This document shows positions 1 through 9,763 of a DNA stretch of 64,000 bases, one piece after another. Under the pieces are notes generated by a model, which was not told where the DNA came from, made no database searches, and saw nothing but the letters and a program-made list of their open reading frames with translations. Source of the DNA: Candidatus Zhuqueibacterota bacterium. Lineage in GTDB: Bacteria; Zhuqueibacterota; Zhuqueibacteria; Residuimicrobiales; Residuimicrobiaceae. A program made the position numbers and the translations under genes. Each line of letters begins with the position of its first letter. The first letter of the stretch is position 1. The stretch spans positions 989 to 64,988 of the forward strand of contig CAUJEL010000147.1 in the NCBI GenBank assembly GCA_963169875.1. Direction: 5' to 3'.

Positions 1-1012
1 GGCAGCCCTGGGCGTCCGGCATGCGATCGCGCTGGCCAATTGCACCACCGCGCTGCATCTGGCGCTGCAAACATTGAAGATAGGTCCCGGAGATGAAGTC
101 ATCACCCCCTCGCTGACCTTTGTCGCCACGGTCAATGCGATCCGCTATGTGGGCGCTGTGCCGGTGTTTGCGGATATCATCGGGCCAGAGGATTTGACCA
201 TCGATGCGGATGAGGTGGAAACGCTGATCACCAGCAGGACGCGCGCCATCATGGTCATGCACTATGGCGGCTTCCCCTGCCACATGGATAAGATACGCGT
301 ATTGGCGCATAAACAGGGCCTGCACGTGATAGAGGATGCCTGTCACGGCCCTCTGTCCGAATACCGCGGCGCCAAACTGGGCACCCTGGGTGATCTCGGC
401 TGTTTCAGTTTTTTTTCCAACAAAAACATCAGCACAGGGGAAGGGGGGATGATCGTTACCAATGACGATGCCTATGACGCCCGGCTGCGGTTGCTGCGTT
501 CACATGGCATGACCTCCTTGTCTTATGAACGTGCCAGGGGCCACAGCACGGCTTACGATGTCATCGAGCTGGGTTATAATTACCGCATGGACGATCTCCA
601 TGCCGCCATCGGACAGGCGCAGCTGGAAAAACTGCCCGCGGATTTGCAGCAACGCGCACGTTTGCGCGGATGTTATCTGGAAAATCTGGCGGCCGTGGAT
701 GAAATCGCCGTGCCATTCAAAGATCATCAGGGTTTTGTCTCCAATTATATTTTCCCGGTTGTGCTAAAGCAGGGCACTGTCGAACGCCGCGATGCGATCC
801 GTACGGCACTTGCTGAAAGCGGGATTCAGACCAGCGTGCATTATCCGGCCGTGCACCGCTTCACGATCTATCGCCCGTTCCGCCGTGAACTGCCCAGGAC
901 CGAATTCGCTGCTGATCATGAAATCACCCTGCCCCTGTACAGCTCTTTGCGCGAAGATCAGGTTGTAAAGATCTGCGGCGCGCTTGCAGATGCACTGCAA
1001 AGAACGCGGTGA
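1..1012 (+). CDS. DegT/DnrJ/EryC1/StrS-family PLP-dependent sugar aminotransferase (5' end outside window)
   Basis: The reading frame is open from position 2 with no start codon, so the N-terminus lies upstream. The translation (…PSLTFVATVNAIRYVGAVPVFADI…GDLGCFSFFSNKNISTGEGG…) is typical of ArnB/PglE-type aminotransferases. Stop at 1010-1012. Confidence 0.85.
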   Translation, partial: AALGVRHAIALANCTTALHLALQTLKIGPGDEVITPSLTFVATVNAIRYVGAVPVFADIIGPEDLTIDADEVETLITSRTRAIMVMHYGGFPCHMDKIRVLAHKQGLHVIEDACHGPLSEYRGAKLGTLGDLGCFSFFSNKNISTGEGGMIVTNDDAYDARLRLLRSHGMTSLSYERARGHSTAYDVIELGYNYRMDDLHAAIGQAQLEKLPADLQQRARLRGCYLENLAAVDEIAVPFKDHQGFVSNYIFPVVLKQGTVERRDAIRTALAESGIQTSVHYPAVHRFTIYRPFRRELPRTEFAADHEITLPLYSSLREDQVVKICGALADALQRTR

Positions 1013-1016
1013 TCAC

Positions 1017-1637
1017 ATGGCTGAAAGCAAGGATATCATTTTGGTGGGCGGATTCCACGAGATCGTGGAACTGGCTGAGCAGTGTGCATGCACCATCGCC
1101 GGCATCATCGACACCATGGATGCGGATACTTTCATGGGCTATCCGGTGCTTGGCACGGATGCGGATGCGCCCGCCTTGTTCTCCCGCTATGGACGCGTGC
1201 CGCTCATTCTGACGCCGGATGCGCCCGTGGTCAGACAGCGCCTCGCGGCGCAGTATGCAAAAATTGGCTGGAAATTTGCAACGCTTATTCATCCCCGGGC
1301 CATGGTTTCGCGTTCTGCCCGGCTGGGCCAGGGGGTGGTGGTGCAATATGGGGCCAATATCTCGGCTGGAGCGACTATAGAAAATATAGTAAAAATAAAT
1401 ACCTATGCAAACATCATGCATGACAGCAGCGTTGGTGATTTCACGACCATTGCGCCCAATGCGGTGATTTTAGGACGTGTAAAAATCGGTCAGTTGTGCT
1501 ATATTGGCGCCAATGCGACCATTTTGCCGGACAAGTGTGTCGGTGATGGGGCACTTGTGGGCGCGGCCGCCATCGTCACCCGGGATGTTAGCGCCGGCAG
1601 CAGGGTGGCGGGAAATCCGGCGAGGGAGCTGAAATGA
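1017..1637 (+). CDS. Sugar N/O-acyltransferase, NeuD/PglD family (hexapeptide left-handed beta-helix)
   Basis: The ATG at 1017 follows the upstream stop by 4 nt (coupled). The N-terminus resembles a Rossmann-like fold (DIILVGGFHEIVELA). C-terminal hexapeptide repeats (IGQLCYIGANATI…VGDGALVGAAAIV) are characteristic of PglD/NeuD acetyltransferases. Confidence 0.8.
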   Translation: MAESKDIILVGGFHEIVELAEQCACTIAGIIDTMDADTFMGYPVLGTDADAPALFSRYGRVPLILTPDAPVVRQRLAAQYAKIGWKFATLIHPRAMVSRSARLGQGVVVQYGANISAGATIENIVKINTYANIMHDSSVGDFTTIAPNAVILGRVKIGQLCYIGANATILPDKCVGDGALVGAAAIVTRDVSAGSRVAGNPARELK

Positions 1638-2368
1638 GCGCGAAAATTGTCACCATCATCTCCAATTTCAATGAGCAGCGGGAGATTCTCAACTGCATTC
1701 GCGCCTTTCGCGAAACGGCTTCCATCACCGCGGATCTTGTCGTGGTGGACAACTCGTCCAGCGATCGCAGTCTGGAGCTGGTGCAGGAGGCTGGTGTCGA
1801 TTATATCGCCCATGCGGTGAATACCGGCGGCAGCGCGGGCGTCATCAAGACGGCGCTGCAGTACAGCCACAGTCACGATTACGATATCTATTGCCATCTC
1901 GACGGGGATAATCAGCATGATCCGGCGCAGCTGCATAAACTGGTGCAGCCGATTCTGGATGGGGAAGCGGATATCGTCATCGGCTCCCGCTTCATCGAAA
2001 AAGAGGGCTTTCAGTCCTTTTTCTTTCGCCGCGTGGGCATTTTCACCTTCGGCGGACTCATCTCCTGGCTCGCCGGGCAGAAAATAACGGATTTGACCTC
2101 TGGATTTCGCGCCTATAACCGGCGTGCGATCTCTTTTTTTGCCAGGCAATACCGCCACGAGTATGAAGCCTGCGCGCAGATGCTGCTCATCGCCGCCTTT
2201 GCCGGATTGCGCATTCGCGAGGTGCCGGTGGTCATGCGGCCGCGGCAGAGCGGAAAATCCGAGTTCAATCTGATAAAAATGATCAAATTTCCGATCTACA
2301 GCCTGATCTCCATTTTTGGCGTCCTGCTGCAGCGCAAGCGGATCAAGGAGATTTCTCATGCCCTTTAA
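1634..2368 (+). CDS. GT2-family glycosyltransferase, polyprenyl-phosphate sugar synthase-like (DPM1/ArnC/GtrB-like)
   Basis: ATGA start/stop overlap with the upstream gene. GT-A motifs are present (VVVDNSSSD…HLDGDNQHDP…). The size and motifs fit dolichyl/undecaprenyl-phosphate glycosyltransferases. Confidence 0.8.
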   Translation: MSAKIVTIISNFNEQREILNCIRAFRETASITADLVVVDNSSSDRSLELVQEAGVDYIAHAVNTGGSAGVIKTALQYSHSHDYDIYCHLDGDNQHDPAQLHKLVQPILDGEADIVIGSRFIEKEGFQSFFFRRVGIFTFGGLISWLAGQKITDLTSGFRAYNRRAISFFARQYRHEYEACAQMLLIAAFAGLRIREVPVVMRPRQSGKSEFNLIKMIKFPIYSLISIFGVLLQRKRIKEISHAL

Positions 2369-2750
2369 TTTCAAGATTCTCGCTTTTATTTCCGCGCTGT
2401 TCTTCTTTGCGGTTTTTTTTGCATTGATCAAGCGTAAATCGGTCAAGCCGTTTTATATTTTTCTCTGGTTCAGCGTGGCGCTCATTTTCCTGAGCATTGT
2501 CGTTTTTGAAAAGTTTTACAAATATCTCGCCAGCCTGCTGCAGATCACCGATGCCTCATTCATCATCATCGTCGGCGTGATATTTTTCTTGATGGTCTAT
2601 GTGCTGCACGTTTCGATCAGGATTTCGGAACTCTCAGACCGTATCCAGGAGTTGATTTCGCATACGGCCATACTCGAACGGGACCTGCGCCATACCCGTG
2701 CTCTTTTATCAGAGCGCGAAAACAATGAATTGTCTGGAAAACAACGATAA
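2358..2750 (+). CDS. Small integral membrane protein, DUF2304-like (commonly paired with GtrB-like GT2)
   Basis: The ATG at 2358 has an AAGGAG ribosome-binding site 7 nt upstream and overlaps the GT2 3' end. There are three predicted hydrophobic helices followed by a charged coiled C-terminus. The family call is from memory of architecture only. Confidence 0.5.
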   Translation: MPFNFKILAFISALFFFAVFFALIKRKSVKPFYIFLWFSVALIFLSIVVFEKFYKYLASLLQITDASFIIIVGVIFFLMVYVLHVSIRISELSDRIQELISHTAILERDLRHTRALLSERENNELSGKQR

Positions 2751-2779
2751 AAAGTTCACAAAGAAGTCGTGAGGTTGTG

Positions 2780-4834
2780 ATGGGAATGCATAAAAAAAGT
2801 GCGCTGCTGATACTGGGTTTTATCGTCCTGATGGCTGGTTCAACATGGGCGCAGAAGGATCCTGCCTCGTTCCCCAAGATCATGTTTCAACGTCCGGCCG
2901 GGATTTCGGGCGGTGCGATAGAACATTTCTTTTCGCGCTACGATCTGGCCATACACGGTGGCGCCGGACCGGATGCGTATGCGCTCAATGATCGCATCCG
3001 CAAACTCAATCCCAATACCCTCATCCTGGGCACCAGCCGCCAGGGCGTCTGGCCCGGCAGTTTTGCGCCGGAATGTTTCATCTATCGTCATCAAACGCCG
3101 CGGCTGACCAAAGCAGCCAGTCCCGGCGATAAGGAGATATTCGTCACCAGCACCGAGGGATTCCCCACGGCCAAGGATGCCTACCGTTTCGCGATGATCG
3201 GCGGGGATGAATGGTTCATCTATTCCGGCCTCACCGATACCAGCTTTACCGGCGTCACCACCACGGGCGATCTCTCGCTGCATCGCGTTCATGCTGTTGG
3301 CGATACCCTCAAAACGCCGGTTCGCTTTGTGGGATTCGGCATGCTGCAGAACATAACCCCTTTTGCGCCGCTGGTGAATGGCATTCCCGTATGGAAGCAC
3401 TTTATCGATAAACGATTTGATCCGGCCAAACAGGATTTCAGCCATTTTGATGGTGTTTTTTATGATGCGTTCCGTTTTGCTTTCTGGCCCGATGATATCA
3501 GCGGCGGTATTGACATCGATTATAATCACATCAATGATTTTGACGAGCATGGTCTGGCCTGGTTCAATCAGCAGTGGGCGGACGGGGTCGATAAAATGCT
3601 CACCTACGAACGGGAAAAACTCCTGCAGGTGAATCCGGGCAAACCGGCTGTCATCGGCATCAACTGCGGTTCTGTGCTGGAAGGCGCCAGTCTGGAGTTG
3701 TGCGATGGCATGATGTGGGAAGGTTTCATGCGCTTCGCGTCCACCTGGGAAGACATGCTGCGGGTGAATCGCCTCTGGGAAGCGAAACATAATCCTGTCT
3801 ATACCATGATTGAGGATTATGATCCTGAAAACCGCCGTGATTATTCCAAGAACAAGTTTCCGTACATGCGTTATGGTCTCACCACAGCTTTGATGGCGGG
3901 CAGCTATTACGGCCGCACCTTTGGCGATTACTATTATATCTCGCTCTATTACGATGAATTTGATACCGATCTCGGCCAGCCGGTATCCGCGCCGCAAAAG
4001 ATGAACAATGGCACCTGGGCGCGATTTTACGAGCGCGGCGTTGCCATCAGCAATCCCACCGGCAATAACATCACCGTAGCGGATGCGGATTTGCGCACTC
4101 TGACGGGGTATGCGGGTCCCTATTTTCGCCTGCTCGCCGGACAGGATCCCGTATTCAATAACGGAGAACGATTCACCAATGTGACCCTGCAGGGAACCGC
4201 CGCGGACCGCCCCAAATACATCAAAGGGGATGGCATCATTCTGGTCACGGCGCCGGACACCGTTGTTTCGGATATTTTCGTGGGCAATTGTTTCAATAAC
4301 GATACCTCACCCGCCAGCAGTCCGGTGGTGCTCAGCGGCAGTTGGAGCGAGATCAAAGATCCTTCGACCCAGGTGTTCAACGACGCGCGAAATCCCTGTT
4401 TCTCGCAGTGGAGCGACGACAGCAAGGACGGCATCGGTTATGCGGCAGCCAGTGATCCGGCTACCCCCTCAACCGCCACGTTCACCCCGATGATCGGGGT
4501 TGCCGGATATTATGAAATCAGCGAATGGCATGGCTGGGCGGGCAGCAGCGAGAGCAACGTGCTGGAGGCGAGCAATGTGCCGTACCAAATCATCGTCAAC
4601 AATCAGGTCAAGAGTACGGGACAGATCAATCAGAATAAAAATTATGGAAAATGGAACCGCTTGGGCGTGGTTTATTTTCCGGCGGGACATGTCAGCTCGG
4701 TGAAACTCCATAATACGGGCGTCAACGGCGTGGTGCTCGCGGATGCCATGCGTTTTCGATTTTTAGGCCAGAGCGCGGATGTGGATGTGACGCCGCCTGC
4801 TGCGCCCCGCAATGTGCGGGTGATCAACCGCTGA
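2780..4834 (+). CDS. Secreted protein with a putative glycoside-hydrolase-like TIM-barrel region and C-terminal beta-sandwich region (family uncertain)
   Basis: Signal peptide (KKSALLILGFIVLMAGSTWAQ). The region around IGINCGSVLEGASLELCDGMMWEGFM resembles GH-like (GHL/GH114-type) barrels. The last 12 codons plus the stop lie in the first copy of the downstream 40-bp tandem repeat. Confidence 0.6.
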   Translation: MGMHKKSALLILGFIVLMAGSTWAQKDPASFPKIMFQRPAGISGGAIEHFFSRYDLAIHGGAGPDAYALNDRIRKLNPNTLILGTSRQGVWPGSFAPECFIYRHQTPRLTKAASPGDKEIFVTSTEGFPTAKDAYRFAMIGGDEWFIYSGLTDTSFTGVTTTGDLSLHRVHAVGDTLKTPVRFVGFGMLQNITPFAPLVNGIPVWKHFIDKRFDPAKQDFSHFDGVFYDAFRFAFWPDDISGGIDIDYNHINDFDEHGLAWFNQQWADGVDKMLTYEREKLLQVNPGKPAVIGINCGSVLEGASLELCDGMMWEGFMRFASTWEDMLRVNRLWEAKHNPVYTMIEDYDPENRRDYSKNKFPYMRYGLTTALMAGSYYGRTFGDYYYISLYYDEFDTDLGQPVSAPQKMNNGTWARFYERGVAISNPTGNNITVADADLRTLTGYAGPYFRLLAGQDPVFNNGERFTNVTLQGTAADRPKYIKGDGIILVTAPDTVVSDIFVGNCFNNDTSPASSPVVLSGSWSEIKDPSTQVFNDARNPCFSQWSDDSKDGIGYAAASDPATPSTATFTPMIGVAGYYEISEWHGWAGSSESNVLEASNVPYQIIVNNQVKSTGQINQNKNYGKWNRLGVVYFPAGHVSSVKLHNTGVNGVVLADAMRFRFLGQSADVDVTPPAAPRNVRVINR

Positions 4835-5113
4835 GCCTGTTGCGCCCCGCAATGTGCGGGTGATCAACCGCTGAGCCTGCTGCGCCCCGCAATGTACGGG
4901 TGATCAACCGCTGAGCCTGCTGCGCCCCGCAATGTGCGGGTGATCAACCGCTGAGCTTGCTGCGCCCCGCAATGTACGGGTGACCAGCCACTGAGCCTGC
5001 TGCGCCCCGCAATGTGCGGGTGACCAGCCGCTGAGCCTGCTGCGCCCCGCAATGTGCGGGTGACCAGCCGCTGAGCCTGCTGCGCCCCGCAATGTGCGGG
5101 TGACCAGCCGTTA
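4797..5113. repeat. Tandem direct repeat, about 8 copies of a 40-bp unit (ctgctgcgccccgcaatgtgcgggtgatcaaccgctgagc) with point variants
   Basis: Directly visible head-to-tail copies beginning at 4797, 4837, 4877, 4917, 4957, 4997, 5037 and a partial copy at 5077. Each unit carries a small palindrome, CCCGCA-atg-TGCGGG. Variant positions: gtgcggg/gtacggg, gatcaaccg/gaccagccg, cctgc/cttgc/cctgt. There are no unique spacers. Confidence 0.9.
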
Positions 5114-5181
5114 CTGCCTTCGCCGTCCAAAAAGCGATTGACTTTGAGGGGCAAATTTTCTATATTACTATCCGTGTTTTG

Positions 5182-5264
5182 GCGAGAGTGGCGGAACTGG
5201 CAGACGCGCTAGACTTAGGATCTAGTGTCCTAAGGACTTGGGGGTTCGAGTCCCCCCTCTCGCA
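5182..5264 (+). tRNA. tRNA-Leu (anticodon TAG), class II with long variable arm
   Basis: Acceptor stem GCGAGAG/CTCTCGC with discriminator A. D-arm GTGGCGGAACTGGCAGACGC. Anticodon stem CTAGA/TCTAG with loop CTTAGGA. Long variable arm. T-arm GGGGGTTCGAGTCCCCC. Closely resembles bacterial tRNA-Leu. CCA is not encoded. Confidence 0.9.
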
Positions 5265-5281
5265 CGATACCCCGTAACACG

Positions 5282-5348
5282 AGCCGATGCCCTTTATTTA
5301 CAGGACCATTCGTCGCATGCACCCAGATGGCATTCGGCGATTTTTTTT
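5282..5348 (+). terminator. Putative intrinsic terminator after tRNA-Leu
   Basis: Long-range stem (a)GCCGATGCC … GGCATTCGGC followed by GATTTTTTTT. Confidence 0.4.
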
Positions 5349-5415
5349 CTCACAAGTAGCATGGTAATATGGAAAATCAAGGCTTAACTTATAACTAACT
5401 CATAAGGATGGATCC

Positions 5416-6699
5416 TTGGAATATCAAATCAACGTTCAACCAAACTGGCACCGGGCGGTCGATTTTTCGGTTCCTGCTGAGGAAGTGAAACCGCAACTGG
5501 ATGAAAAATATGCGCTTTACACAAAATCTGTGAAATTGGAGGGGTTTCGTAAAGGGCGTGTTCCTGCGCATCTGATTAAAAAAATGTTCGGCAAGAGCAT
5601 TGAATCAGATGTGTTCAATCCCTATATTCGTGAAGCCTATGATCGACTGTTCAAGGAAAATGAATTTGATTTTATCAATACCCCCGAAGTCCACAATCTG
5701 CAGTTTGACGCGGAGAAAGGCCTGACCTTCACCCTGCATTTCGACATCCGGCCGGTCTTTGAGGTCAGCGGTTATAAGGGCATGGAGGTGGAAAAAGAAG
5801 TTTTGACTGTCAGCGAAGCCGATGTCGAAAAGACCCTGAAATCATTGCAATCGCGCCATGCCATGGTCTTCAACGTTGAGGGCGAAGCCCAGGTGGGGCA
5901 TTATGTGGTCGCGGATATGCAGGAAGTCGATCACAACGGCATTGCGGTCGTTGGCAAGCATTATGAAAATGAGGTGGTGTGGCTCCAGGAGGAGCGTCCG
6001 GAAATTACTTCACAGCTGGTTGGTGTTACAACAGGAGACGAGCGTCGTCTGCAATGGACCACGCCGGCGGACGCAGAAAAGGGCATTGCCAGCGAGGAGC
6101 ATTTTTTCCAGGTCAAGGTCAAGGAGATCAAAGAGAGACGTCTGCCTGAACTGGACGATGAGTTCGCCAAGGATATTGGTCCCTTTACCACCCTGGAGGA
6201 ATTGCGACAGGATATCATGAAGCGCCTGGAAGCTCAGGCGGAGATGGAGACGCGCTCCCGGTTCGAACATGCCCTGATTGATGAGTTGGTGAAGACCGTG
6301 GACATTGAGGCGCCGACTTCCATGGTGGAAAATTATATCGAACTGTTGGTCAGTGATTTCAAAAAGAAAAGCAAGGAATCGGTCAAAGAGGATGAACTGC
6401 GCAGCTACTATCGCGCCAGCGCCGTTCGCAATGTCAAGTGGTATTTGATCCGCGAACAAATGGTGAAGCAGTTCGAGCTCAGCGTCAGCGATGAAGAGGT
6501 CGAGGAGCGCCTGAAAAGCGTTGCAGCCCAGGGGGAGGAAGCCGCCAAGCGGGCGGAAGAAATCCGCAACAGCAAAGAGCAGAAGGAGCGGCTGCGCGAC
6601 GAGATGGAGGACGAGAAGGTTCAGGCATTTCTGATTTCACAGGCCAGAATAAAAGAGGTGAAGAAACCTCTGTATCCCGAGCAAGAGGCACAGGCTTAG
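5416..6699 (+). CDS. tig: Trigger factor (ribosome-associated peptidyl-prolyl isomerase/chaperone)
   Basis: TTG start at 5416. The GFRKGRVP motif and overall trigger-factor architecture are present. tig-clpP-clpX synteny. Confidence 0.9.
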   Translation: MEYQINVQPNWHRAVDFSVPAEEVKPQLDEKYALYTKSVKLEGFRKGRVPAHLIKKMFGKSIESDVFNPYIREAYDRLFKENEFDFINTPEVHNLQFDAEKGLTFTLHFDIRPVFEVSGYKGMEVEKEVLTVSEADVEKTLKSLQSRHAMVFNVEGEAQVGHYVVADMQEVDHNGIAVVGKHYENEVVWLQEERPEITSQLVGVTTGDERRLQWTTPADAEKGIASEEHFFQVKVKEIKERRLPELDDEFAKDIGPFTTLEELRQDIMKRLEAQAEMETRSRFEHALIDELVKTVDIEAPTSMVENYIELLVSDFKKKSKESVKEDELRSYYRASAVRNVKWYLIREQMVKQFELSVSDEEVEERLKSVAAQGEEAAKRAEEIRNSKEQKERLRDEMEDEKVQAFLISQARIKEVKKPLYPEQEAQA

Positions 6700-6931
6700 T
6701 TTTTCAGCATGCGGCAGGTTGTGTGGCCGCGTCTGGGGTGTTGGGCTCCGTCTGGCATATGGGGCCCAACTTTGCATTTTTTTCTCTTTGCCTCTGTGTC
6801 CCTGTGGTTGATCTTTTTCAACACTGAGGCACGGAGACACAGAGGAGCGAATCGGGCTCTGGAGAGCCCTCCTGCAGGGGTATGCAAAATATTGTTCAGG
6901 TGTTTAACCGGTGAATTGCTAAGGAGAAAAT

Positions 6932-7540
6932 ATGGGACTGGTTCCAATCGTCATTGAACAGACGGGCCGCGGGGAGCGTGCTTACGATATATTTTCGCGT
7001 CTTCTCAAGGAGCGCATCATCTTTTTGGGCACAGCCATTGACGACACGGTCGCGAGTCTGGCCATTGCGCAGCTGCTTTTCCTGGATGCCGAAGATCCGG
7101 AAAAGGATGTCTATCTCTATATCAACAGCCCGGGCGGCCTGGTGAGCGCCGGCCTGGCAATTTATGACACCATGCAGCACATCAAGCCGGATGTCTCGAC
7201 GATTTGCATCGGCCAGGCATCGAGCATGGGCGCGCTGCTGCTGACGGCGGGCACCAAGGGCAAGCGTTTCGCGCTGCCGCACGCACGCGTGATGATCCAC
7301 CAGCCCATGGGCGGCGCCCAGGGGCAGGCCAGCGACATTGAAATTCAGACCAAAGAGATATTGATCATTCGTGAAAAATTGAATGAGATATTGGCGCATC
7401 ACACCGGCCAGCCCATGGAACGCATCATCAAGGATACGGACCGGAATTTTTTCATGAGCGCCGAGGAAGCCAAAGCATACGGCATCATCGATGATCTGAT
7501 GATCCGCAAAGATGGTCAAAAAGCCAAAAAGTCCAAATAG
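6932..7540 (+). CDS. clpP: ATP-dependent Clp protease proteolytic subunit
   Basis: AAGGAG ribosome-binding site. Ser/His/Asp protease motifs ([19 protein letters not shown]). Confidence 0.95.
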   Translation: MGLVPIVIEQTGRGERAYDIFSRLLKERIIFLGTAIDDTVASLAIAQLLFLDAEDPEKDVYLYINSPGGLVSAGLAIYDTMQHIKPDVSTICIGQASSMGALLLTAGTKGKRFALPHARVMIHQPMGGAQGQASDIEIQTKEILIIREKLNEILAHHTGQPMERIIKDTDRNFFMSAEEAKAYGIIDDLMIRKDGQKAKKSK

Positions 7541-7548
7541 GATTTATC

Positions 7549-8826
7549 ATGATGGATCAACGCAACAAAGGGAACCGGCGTCTGGTGATTTGTTCCTTCT
7601 GCGGCAAGAACAGTCAGCAGGTGGAGACCATCGTGACCGGGCCGGATGTGACGATTTGCAATGAATGCGTCGCCATTGCGGATAAAATTGTCGCGCGCGA
7701 AAAATCGCGCCGCACCTTTACCACACTGGGCCCGCTCCCGACTCCCGCGCAGATTAAGACAGAGCTCGATCGTTTTGTCATCGGCCAGGACCGTGCCAAG
7801 GAAACCATCGCGGTCGCGGTCTATAACCATTACAAGCGCATCGATCGCACCACCGCCAGCGACGAGGTGCTGCTGGAAAAGAGCAATGTATTGCTGATCG
7901 GCCCGACCGGAACCGGAAAAACGTTGATGGCGCAGACGTTGGCACGCTTTCTCCAGGTGCCTTTCACAATCGCGGATGCGACCACTTTGACCGAGGCCGG
8001 CTATGTCGGCGAAGATGTCGAAAACATCCTCGTGCGTTTGTTGCAGGCCGCTGATTACAATCTCGAGCGCGCCGAACGCGGGATCGTCTATATCGATGAG
8101 CTGGATAAGATTTCGCGCAAGAGCGGCAATCCCTCCATCACCCGGGATGTCTCGGGCGAGGGCGTGCAGCAGGCGCTGCTGAAGATTCTCGAAGGTACGG
8201 TGGCGTCGGTGCCGCCCAAGGGCGGCCGCAAACATCCCGAGATGGAATTCATCAATATCAACACACAGAATATTCTGTTCATCTGCGGCGGCGCCTTCGA
8301 GTCGCTGGAGAAGCTGATCAGCAACCGCCTGGATAAAAAATCGTTCGGATTCGGGGCCGAGAGCAGCAAAAATGAGAAAGAAAAAATCAGCGCCATTTTG
8401 CATCAGGTCGAGCCGGAAGATCTGCTGCAGTTCGGCCTGATCCCGGAGTTGATCGGACGCCTGCCGGTGCTTTGCACCCTGGATGAGTTGGACGATGAGG
8501 CGCTGCTGAAAATACTCACGGAACCGAAGAATGCCCTCACCAAACAGTACATCAAGCTGCTGGCTCTGGACAATGTTGCGCTCGAGTTCGATGAGGACGC
8601 ATTGCGCGAAATGGTGCGCATCGCCCGCAAGCGGCGCACCGGCGCGCGCGGCCTGCGCTCGGTGATGGAAGAAACCATGCTCTCCATCATGTATCAGTTG
8701 CCTTCGCAAAAGGAGATCACCGCCTGCCGCATCACCGTTGATGTGGTGAAAAAGCAGGGGGAACCGGTCTATAAACGGCGAAAAACGTCCGGTCCGGATA
8801 AAGATACGGTGGAATCCGCGGCATAG
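7549..8826 (+). CDS. clpX: ATP-dependent Clp protease ATP-binding subunit ClpX
   Basis: N-terminal zinc finger (CSFCGK…CNEC), Walker A (GPTGTGKT), ClpX C-terminus. Confidence 0.95.
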   Translation: MMDQRNKGNRRLVICSFCGKNSQQVETIVTGPDVTICNECVAIADKIVAREKSRRTFTTLGPLPTPAQIKTELDRFVIGQDRAKETIAVAVYNHYKRIDRTTASDEVLLEKSNVLLIGPTGTGKTLMAQTLARFLQVPFTIADATTLTEAGYVGEDVENILVRLLQAADYNLERAERGIVYIDELDKISRKSGNPSITRDVSGEGVQQALLKILEGTVASVPPKGGRKHPEMEFININTQNILFICGGAFESLEKLISNRLDKKSFGFGAESSKNEKEKISAILHQVEPEDLLQFGLIPELIGRLPVLCTLDELDDEALLKILTEPKNALTKQYIKLLALDNVALEFDEDALREMVRIARKRRTGARGLRSVMEETMLSIMYQLPSQKEITACRITVDVVKKQGEPVYKRRKTSGPDKDTVESAA

Positions 8827-9132
8827 CTGGTGAACCATCGGGGGGACAAAAGATGTCCCCTGGTTGGAGTATTTGCAGGGAGAGCTTTCGCTATCGAATA
8901 ATTTACTTTTTGTAGATATAATCAACCACGAATTAATCCAATTGAGACCATGCTAAAGCATGAACTTGGAGTGATTTTGACGCAGCCGGTGATATTGTTT
9001 TTGGGGTTGCCTCTGCGTCTCTGCGCCTCTGCGGGAGATTATCATGGCTGACAACGGAGGTCATATGTTCCCGCTGAGAGGTCCAGGCGCAGATAAAATC
9101 ATGCGGTACTCTTATTCCAGCGCCAGGGAGAG

Positions 9133-9732
9133 ATGATGAAGATCACCTCCATTGAGTTTGCCCGGTGCGTGGCCCGGGTCGAAGATTTGCCACGGGATCA
9201 TTTGCCGCAAATCGCCTTTGCCGGAAGATCGAATGTCGGCAAATCGAGTCTGCTGAACTCCCTCGTCAACCGCCTGCGTCTGGCGTACGTCAGCGCCACG
9301 CCTGGAAAAACGCAAACCATCAATTTTTACCTCATCAACAAAAAATTCTATCTGGTCGACCTGCCGGGCTATGGATATGCCAAATCCGCCAAGACGCTGC
9401 GACAAGCCTGGCAGGGCTTGATAGAACAATATCTGACGGCTGCGGAGGCGCTGCGATTGCTGGTAGTGCTGGTGGATGTTCGCCACCCACTGGCTGACCT
9501 CGATCTCCAACTCCTTGAATGGGCACACGCCCAGGATCTCTCCTGCCTCGTGGTGGCGACGAAGACGGACAAGTTGTCGAACCTGCAATTACAAAAACAA
9601 CTGAAAGTTTTAACGGCTGCAGAAAAGAGGGTCGCAATCGGGGAATTAATACCTTACTCCGCAAAGACGGGAAGCGGGAAGGACGCACTGTGGCGGCGCT
9701 TGCAGGGATACCTGGTGGGCAAAGAAAAATAA
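9133..9732 (+). CDS. engB: Ribosome biogenesis GTP-binding protein YsxC/EngB
   Basis: G1 motif GRSNVGKSSL and DLPGYGYA. Size and the position after clpX match ysxC/engB. Confidence 0.9.
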   Translation: MMKITSIEFARCVARVEDLPRDHLPQIAFAGRSNVGKSSLLNSLVNRLRLAYVSATPGKTQTINFYLINKKFYLVDLPGYGYAKSAKTLRQAWQGLIEQYLTAAEALRLLVVLVDVRHPLADLDLQLLEWAHAQDLSCLVVATKTDKLSNLQLQKQLKVLTAAEKRVAIGELIPYSAKTGSGKDALWRRLQGYLVGKEK

Positions 9733-9763
9733 AGTCAAATTGTGCCAAAAACATAAAAAAAAC

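Noticed and set aside
4797-5113. CRISPR array
   Set aside because: The 40-bp units are contiguous with no unique spacers, and copy-to-copy variation is in the repeats themselves. No cas genes are nearby.
4864-5154. Minus-strand ORF (96 aa) encoding a repetitive RLSGWSPxHCGAQQAQRL protein, plus the 62-aa ORF at 4904-5092
   Set aside because: It lies entirely within the tandem array. Its periodic amino-acid repeat is a by-product of the DNA repeat. It has no ribosome-binding site.
5100-5420. Integrated mobile element at tRNA-Leu
   Set aside because: No integrase, recombinase or direct repeat of the tRNA 3' end is present. tig follows directly.
8842-8860. Hairpin GGGGACA-aaaga-TGTCCCC after clpX as intrinsic terminator
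   Set aside because: No downstream U-tract. It may be a weak or factor-dependent terminator or an mRNA-stabilising stem-loop, so I did not call it.
5416-9732. Missing lon between clpX and engB as an anomaly
   Set aside because: The tig-clpP-clpX-(lon)-engB order is variable among bacteria. The absence of lon here is not informative by itself.
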